A DNA stretch of 64,000 bases, from the NCBI GenBank assembly GCA_038087875.1, contig JAXLNO010000563.1, positions 62,001 to 126,000 of the forward strand. Reading direction: 5' to 3'. This stretch comes from Malacoraja senta. Taxonomy: Eukaryota. Both the position numbers and the translations under genes were made by a program. This document shows positions 60,329 through 64,000 of this stretch, piece after piece (positions within the stretch are counted from its first letter, which is position 1; each line of letters starts with the position of its first letter). Under the pieces are notes generated by a model that was not told where the DNA came from, ran no database searches, and saw only the letters and a list, made by a program, of their open reading frames with translations.

Positions 60329-63300
60329 ATGCATGACGACAATCAAAAGAAAATAGGAGGAATCACATTATGTAGTTGGAATATAAGGGGGATTAATGAA
60401 CCTATTAAAAGGGGCAAGATACTAGCTCAGTTGAAATCATACAACACGGACATTGCGTTTCTACAGGAAACACATCTTAAACAGCAAGATCAGACAAGAC
60501 TGAGGGCGAACTGGATAGGCCAAACATTTCACTCTTCATTTACCTCCAAATCTAGAGGTACTGCAATTATTATTCGTAAAGGAATTCCATTTAAATCAAA
60601 GAACACTATTTTAGATAAGGAAGGGAGATATCTTATAGCAGCAGGGGAGATCAATAATATGCCAATTACGCTGGTAAACATATATGCGCCTAACTTTGAT
60701 AACCCTCAATTTTTTAATAAAATTCTGAATATAATTGCAGAATCTAATTATCAAAATGTTATAATCGGAGGAGATTTTAATTGTGTTTTAGATCCTTATT
60801 TAGATAAATCGATGCAAAAACAAAAAGGTCAGACGAAATCTAAAACCAGTGAACTCTTACACACATATATGGAAAACACAAATATAACAGATGTATGGAG
60901 GATTGCAAACCCGACGGGAAGGGATTACTCGTTTTATTCAATGGTGCATAAAACATATTCACGGATAGACTATTTTCTTGTGGATACAAAATTAATTTCG
61001 CAATCTCTGAATCCTAAATATCATATTAATGCGATCTCAGATCATTCTCCGTTAACTTTTGTTCTAAAACTAGAAGGAATGTCTATGAATAAACCGTTCT
61101 GGAGGTTTAACTCACAAATTTTAAAAGACCCTCAAGGGAGTATCTATCTAAAAAAACAGATGGATCTATTTTTTGAGTTAAATGATACACCAGAGATATC
61201 CCCCACGTTATTATGGGAATCCTTCAAAGCATTTATAAGAGGAGTCATTATTTCATTTCAAGCTTATCAAAATAAAAAGAATAAGAATGAACAAAGACAC
61301 TTAGAAGATCAAATAAAACAGTTAGATATAGATAATGCTAAAGACCCAACTATGGATAAACATAATAAAATACTACTACTGAAATTTCAGTTAAATAAAT
61401 TACTGTCAGAGAAAGTTATAACATTATTTCAAATCACAAAACAAGAACACTTCGAATTCGGGGACAAACCCCACAAACTTCTAGCACGACAACTTAAAAA
61501 ACGGGAAAAAGAGAATGCAATATTAAAGATTAAATCAGATAGAGGGGAAGTATTAACACTACCCAAGGATATTAATAAAAGATTTGCTCAATTTTACCAG
61601 AATCTATACACATCTAAAACGTCAATAGACAATAATAAAATCTCAGAATTTTTAGATAATTGTAATCTACCACAATTAGAACGCAGGGAACAAGAGGAAC
61701 TGGGAGCACAAATTACTTCTAAGGAGATAGAAGACACAATAAAAACACTAAAAAATGGAAAAACACCAGGACCAGACGGATTCAGTAATGAATTTTATAA
61801 ATCTTTTTATGATATAGTTACTCCACGATTACAAAAAATGTATACATATGCTTATAAAGAGCAAAACCTACCTGAAACACTAGCGGAATCAACGATCATA
61901 TTAATACTTAAAAAAGATAAAAATATAGAAGAACCAGGATCATATAGAGCTATTGCTTTGTTAAATACGGATCAGAAAATAATAGCAAAAACATTAGCCA
62001 ATAGATTAAGCAAGTATGTTAGTAGACTAATACATGAGGATCAAACAGGATTTATACCTAAGAGACACTCATTTAATAATTTGAGACGTTTGCTTAACAT
62101 AATGCATTCACATAAATCTGATGACCAAGAGTTAGCTATCATCTCACTGGACGCAGAAAAAGCGTTTGATCAAGTAGAATGGGACTATATGATCAAAGTA
62201 TTGCAAAAATTCCAATTGGGAGAAAACTTTATTGCATGGATAAAACTACTATATAACAAACCTACGGCTAGAATACTAACTAATAATATATTATCTTCAA
62301 AATTCGAATTATCTAGGGGCAACAGACAAGGATGTTCACTATCACCGCTGTTATTTGCTTTGGTAATTGAACCCCTTGCTGAAAAAATAAGAACACACTC
62401 GAATATTCACGGTTATAACACAAAATATTCAAACAACAAACTATCCCTATATGCTGATGATGTACTACTGTACATCACAAAACCACAAATTAGTATACCA
62501 AATATATTAAACTTAATTGAGGACTTTGGATCCTTTTCAGGATATAGAATAAATTGGAACAAAAGTGAAATTATGTCGATTAAACCAAAAGACTCAACAC
62601 ATCTCAGGAAATTCCCTTTTAAAATAACTATGGAAAAATTCAAATATTTAGGAATTGAGATTACTAGAAATTACCATGATATGTTTAAAGCTAATTATAA
62701 TCCCCTACTTAAGAAATTAAATAATCTGATTAAATTTTGGAAAACACTTCCGATGTCCTTAATAGGTAGGATAAATGCTATAAAAATGATTTTCTTGCCA
62801 CAAATCCTTTACCTATTTCAATCAATACCTATATATCTCCCAAAAAAGTTTTTCAAAAAACTGGACTCAGACATTACAAATTTTATATGGGATTACAAAT
62901 CCCACAGAATACAAAGAACCCACCTTAACAAACGAAAAGAGTTGGGGGGTCTAGCGCTCCCTAACTTTATGTATTATAACTGGGCAGTAAATATTAAAAA
63001 TATGATTCACCTGCTGGACAATTCTGCCCAGCAGGTGGACTGGATTATAATGGAAAAAGGGGATTGCTCCCCGAATAATATAGGAGCGATTATTCTCTCT
63101 CCAATAAATTTGAATAATAAAAATTATAATAAAAATCCAATTATATATAGCACTATTAGAACATGGAAGCAAATAAAACAGAATCTAAAATTAAGAAACC
63201 TATCTCTCTTAATACCAATAGTCAATAACCCATCGTTTAAATCTTCAATCATAGATAAAGCATTTATACAATGGGAAAGAATGGGAATTAAAACGCTCGA

Positions 63301-64000
63301 AGATCTGTATGAATTAGAAAAATTACTATCATTCCAACAACTACAACTGAAATATAATTTGAAAAATAATCAATATTTTAAATATCTACAAATCTGTGAC
63401 TATTTGAAAACACACACAAAAGATTATTATAATATGCCTTCCGACTTACTAGATGAAGCAATGAAGACAAAGGCGGAATCAGTTAATTTAATATCATACT
63501 TATATAATATCATCTTAAATATAGAAATACCCACAACAGATGGAATTAGAAGAGATTGGGAACAAGATCTAGGTATAAAAATTTCAAAAGAGAGTTGGGA
63601 TAATCATTTATTACAGGTGCATAAATGCTCGATCAACGTACGACATACGCTTATCCAATTTAAAACATTACATAGATTATATTATTCAAAAACCAAACTA
63701 AATAAAATCTTTCCTAACGTCTCACCAATCTGTGATAAATGTATATGTCAAGAAGCTACCATAGCACATTCTTTTGTTTTTTGTACAAAAATCCAAAAAT
63801 TCTGGTTTGAAATATTTGATATTTTTTCAAAATTAATCAAAAGAAAACTGGTACCAAAACCAGAATGGATTATTTTTGGAATATCGGAAGGTATTCCTGA
63901 ATTAAACGTGTATCAGAAGAATTTACTCAATTATGGGCTAATAATGGGAAAAAAGCTTATACTTAAATTCTGGAAAAATGCGCCCACACCAACAATAAAA
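60329..64000 (+). CDS. L1 ORF2p (APE endonuclease, RT, C-terminal Cys motif), partial at window end, at least 1224 aa
   Basis: MHDDNQKKIGGITLCSWNIRGIN..FLQETH..NIYAPN..GGDFN..SRIDY..SDH; PGPDG; SLDAEKAFDQV; RQGCSLSP; LYADD; CDKC..H...C. The last codons (FWKNAPTPTIK) are in frame with the ATG, and no + strand pieces appear in the ORF track, consistent with no stop before the edge. Confidence 0.9.
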   Translation, partial: MHDDNQKKIGGITLCSWNIRGINEPIKRGKILAQLKSYNTDIAFLQETHLKQQDQTRLRANWIGQTFHSSFTSKSRGTAIIIRKGIPFKSKNTILDKEGRYLIAAGEINNMPITLVNIYAPNFDNPQFFNKILNIIAESNYQNVIIGGDFNCVLDPYLDKSMQKQKGQTKSKTSELLHTYMENTNITDVWRIANPTGRDYSFYSMVHKTYSRIDYFLVDTKLISQSLNPKYHINAISDHSPLTFVLKLEGMSMNKPFWRFNSQILKDPQGSIYLKKQMDLFFELNDTPEISPTLLWESFKAFIRGVIISFQAYQNKKNKNEQRHLEDQIKQLDIDNAKDPTMDKHNKILLLKFQLNKLLSEKVITLFQITKQEHFEFGDKPHKLLARQLKKREKENAILKIKSDRGEVLTLPKDINKRFAQFYQNLYTSKTSIDNNKISEFLDNCNLPQLERREQEELGAQITSKEIEDTIKTLKNGKTPGPDGFSNEFYKSFYDIVTPRLQKMYTYAYKEQNLPETLAESTIILILKKDKNIEEPGSYRAIALLNTDQKIIAKTLANRLSKYVSRLIHEDQTGFIPKRHSFNNLRRLLNIMHSHKSDDQELAIISLDAEKAFDQVEWDYMIKVLQKFQLGENFIAWIKLLYNKPTARILTNNILSSKFELSRGNRQGCSLSPLLFALVIEPLAEKIRTHSNIHGYNTKYSNNKLSLYADDVLLYITKPQISIPNILNLIEDFGSFSGYRINWNKSEIMSIKPKDSTHLRKFPFKITMEKFKYLGIEITRNYHDMFKANYNPLLKKLNNLIKFWKTLPMSLIGRINAIKMIFLPQILYLFQSIPIYLPKKFFKKLDSDITNFIWDYKSHRIQRTHLNKRKELGGLALPNFMYYNWAVNIKNMIHLLDNSAQQVDWIIMEKGDCSPNNIGAIILSPINLNNKNYNKNPIIYSTIRTWKQIKQNLKLRNLSLLIPIVNNPSFKSSIIDKAFIQWERMGIKTLEDLYELEKLLSFQQLQLKYNLKNNQYFKYLQICDYLKTHTKDYYNMPSDLLDEAMKTKAESVNLISYLYNIILNIEIPTTDGIRRDWEQDLGIKISKESWDNHLLQVHKCSINVRHTLIQFKTLHRLYYSKTKLNKIFPNVSPICDKCICQEATIAHSFVFCTKIQKFWFEIFDIFSKLIKRKLVPKPEWIIFGISEGIPELNVYQKNLLNYGLIMGKKLILKFWKNAPTPTIK

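Larger units (their letters stand above)
58178..64000 (+). mobile_element. L1-clade LINE, apparently intact, runs off the right edge
   Basis: ORF1, ~1.2-kb spacer, then ORF2; A-rich coding strand. Confidence 0.92.

Overview
Vertebrate genomic DNA, most likely from a cartilaginous fish (skate/ray-like). That assignment is inferred from the repeat types (V-SINE/HE1-like SINE, CR1, Rex1, Penelope-type palindromes) and is not proven. Most of the window is mobile-element DNA. One host gene can be assembled by hand, and the ORF track shows it only in pieces: a 4-exon + strand gene (CDS 28247-28378, 34398-34527, 39912-40086, 44071-44224; 196 aa) encoding a signal-peptide-bearing, divergent SOUL/heme-binding-protein family member, with a TATA box at 28150. 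Seven DIRS1-type tyrosine-recombinase retrotransposon copies are present. Six have recognisable ITR/ICR ends; the seventh is cut by the window edge. They include a four-level nest (DIRS > L2 LINE > two DIRS > SINE-like inserts) whose junctions reconstruct TSD-free integration at an ATT(T) core. Also present: an apparently intact L1 (ORF1 plus an ORF2 open for 1224 codons to the window end), CR1, Rex1, L2 and Vingi-like LINE relics, a 4.9-kb hAT-like element, hairpins/MITEs and Penelope-type palindromes carrying hammerhead-like motifs. A ~400-bp non-coding block upstream of the SOUL gene has a diverged inverted copy at 452-855, hinting at a head-to-head paralogue just outside the window. No prokaryotic-type system (CRISPR etc.) is supported.
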